The translations under genes and the position numbers were made by a program. A DNA stretch of 15,992 bases from Candidatus Thorarchaeota archaeon (GTDB taxonomy: Archaea; Asgardarchaeota; Thorarchaeia; Thorarchaeales; Thorarchaeaceae). Positions 15,009 to 15,992 of the stretch are shown here, piece by piece (position 1 is the stretch's first letter; every line of letters begins with the position of its first letter). The notes below the pieces were generated by a model that saw nothing but the letters and a program-made list of their open reading frames with translations, was not told where the DNA came from and did no database searches. Location of the stretch: contig JAEORO010000055.1 in the NCBI GenBank assembly GCA_016840855.1, forward strand, positions 1-15,992, read 5' to 3'.

Positions 15009-15992
15009 GTTTCATAGCCCCATCTACTGGTGATGCATTGAAAGGATTGCTCTATGCTAAAGGGTTACGGTTCATAAAATTGAATCCAGGTAGTAGATCG
15101 GTTGCGGCGATGCTGGGAACAGCTGACTACGCACCTGTTGCATCTGCCCAGATTCATGTTCATGCTATGACCGTGGCGCAAGCTGATACTCAGAGATTTC
15201 ACCAAACAGACGGAGCCTACTGTACTGACGTGCAAATTAATGTCATGAAATGGTATGGATTTGAAACACCGTTGGCAATATCCCCAGAAGCGTACAACTA
15301 CGAGATTGAAGCTCTTGGAGGGAAGATGATTAGAAGTAAAGCCCACATGTCAACAATTGATCAAAGTGATCCCTTAATCAAGGAGCCAGAAGACATTGAC
15401 AAAATCAAGGTACCAATCGAAAATGACTGGGGAAGAGTTCCGTTCGTCATAGATAGTATCAAGAGAAGTAAGCATTACTCCAAGAGTTGCAGTGGGGCAT
15501 TCTGCGCACCATTCAGTTTTCTCTGTGGAGTCCACTCATATCCTAGAGTTATTAGGAATATTAAGAAAAATCCTGATTTCATTCATCGACTCTATAAATG
15601 GTCTATTAATGAGGTTTTGATACCCTATTTGCAGATGCTTAAGGATGAAACAGGAGCAAAATCATTCTTTGGCGCAGACGCATGGGCTGTAATACCTAAT
15701 GTTACTACAAAGATACTAGAGGAGTTCATCTTCCCGTACAACAAGTATTTCGTACAGCAGGCTAAAAAACAGGGATTGAAAGCAACTCCAGCAGTCACAG
15801 CAGACTATTGTGAAGAGGATCCCGAGAAGTTTGATCCTAAGCTCATGAAATGGTGCTGGTCAAAAATGGGTGAAGAGATGATGGGTATGCCATTCTTAAT
15901 GATGGGAATGGGAAAACCTGAACTATGGCCTATGGAAGTGATGCATGAATTTATTGAAGAGAACAAGGCTAAGGGCAAAACCCCGCCAGTAG
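15005..15992 (+). CDS. Uroporphyrinogen decarboxylase family protein (MtaA/CmuA-like corrinoid methyltransferase), partial
   Basis: Manually translated; open from ATG 15005 (ATGA overlap with the corrinoid gene stop) to the window end. Motifs YNYEIEALG, PLIK..ED..K, GRVPFV, APFS, KNPDF.H.L, ADAWA and EEF.FPY. Not in the ORF track. Confidence 0.85.
   Translation, partial: MSFIAPSTGDALKGLLYAKGLRFIKLNPGSRSVAAMLGTADYAPVASAQIHVHAMTVAQADTQRFHQTDGAYCTDVQINVMKWYGFETPLAISPEAYNYEIEALGGKMIRSKAHMSTIDQSDPLIKEPEDIDKIKVPIENDWGRVPFVIDSIKRSKHYSKSCSGAFCAPFSFLCGVHSYPRVIRNIKKNPDFIHRLYKWSINEVLIPYLQMLKDETGAKSFFGADAWAVIPNVTTKILEEFIFPYNKYFVQQAKKQGLKATPAVTADYCEEDPEKFDPKLMKWCWSKMGEEMMGMPFLMMGMGKPELWPMEVMHEFIEENKAKGKTPPV

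Noticed and set aside
1-15992. Integrase, transposase, reverse transcriptase, tRNA or rRNA gene
   Set aside because: No ORF shows recognisable tyrosine or serine recombinase, DDE, HUH or RT motifs, and I saw no tRNA cloverleaf or rRNA sequence by eye.

Overview
Archaeal-looking accessory region. GGTGA/GAGGTG ribosome-binding sites, an HTH_10 regulator, an LVIVD surface protein and a corrinoid/UroD pair suggest an Asgard (Thorarchaeota-like) origin, but this is inference only. The region lies between the 3' end of an M24 peptidase gene and a corrinoid protein/UroD-MtaA methyltransferase operon. The ~14 kb in between is cut into modules of one or two genes by a dispersed, co-oriented, 60-105 bp structured repeat (8 clear copies plus 2 degenerate copies at the edges). 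Its core consensus is approximately GGCTGACGGGGTCGGGTGAACAGGGAACTTTCC-N(8-12)-ACTGTTGAGCACCC-TTTCATTTT. The modules carry unrelated, often bacterial-type cargo: RibD/DHFR-like protein, secreted plus membrane protein pair, C45 Ntn hydrolase, NTF2-like protein plus HTH_10, LVIVD protein, glycyl radical enzyme, GNAT, SAM methyltransferase, YdeI and DUF4256, along with several truncated gene remnants. The layout resembles a cassette array, but the repeats are not canonical attC sites and no recombinase gene is in the window. This is a candidate undescribed gene-capture system.
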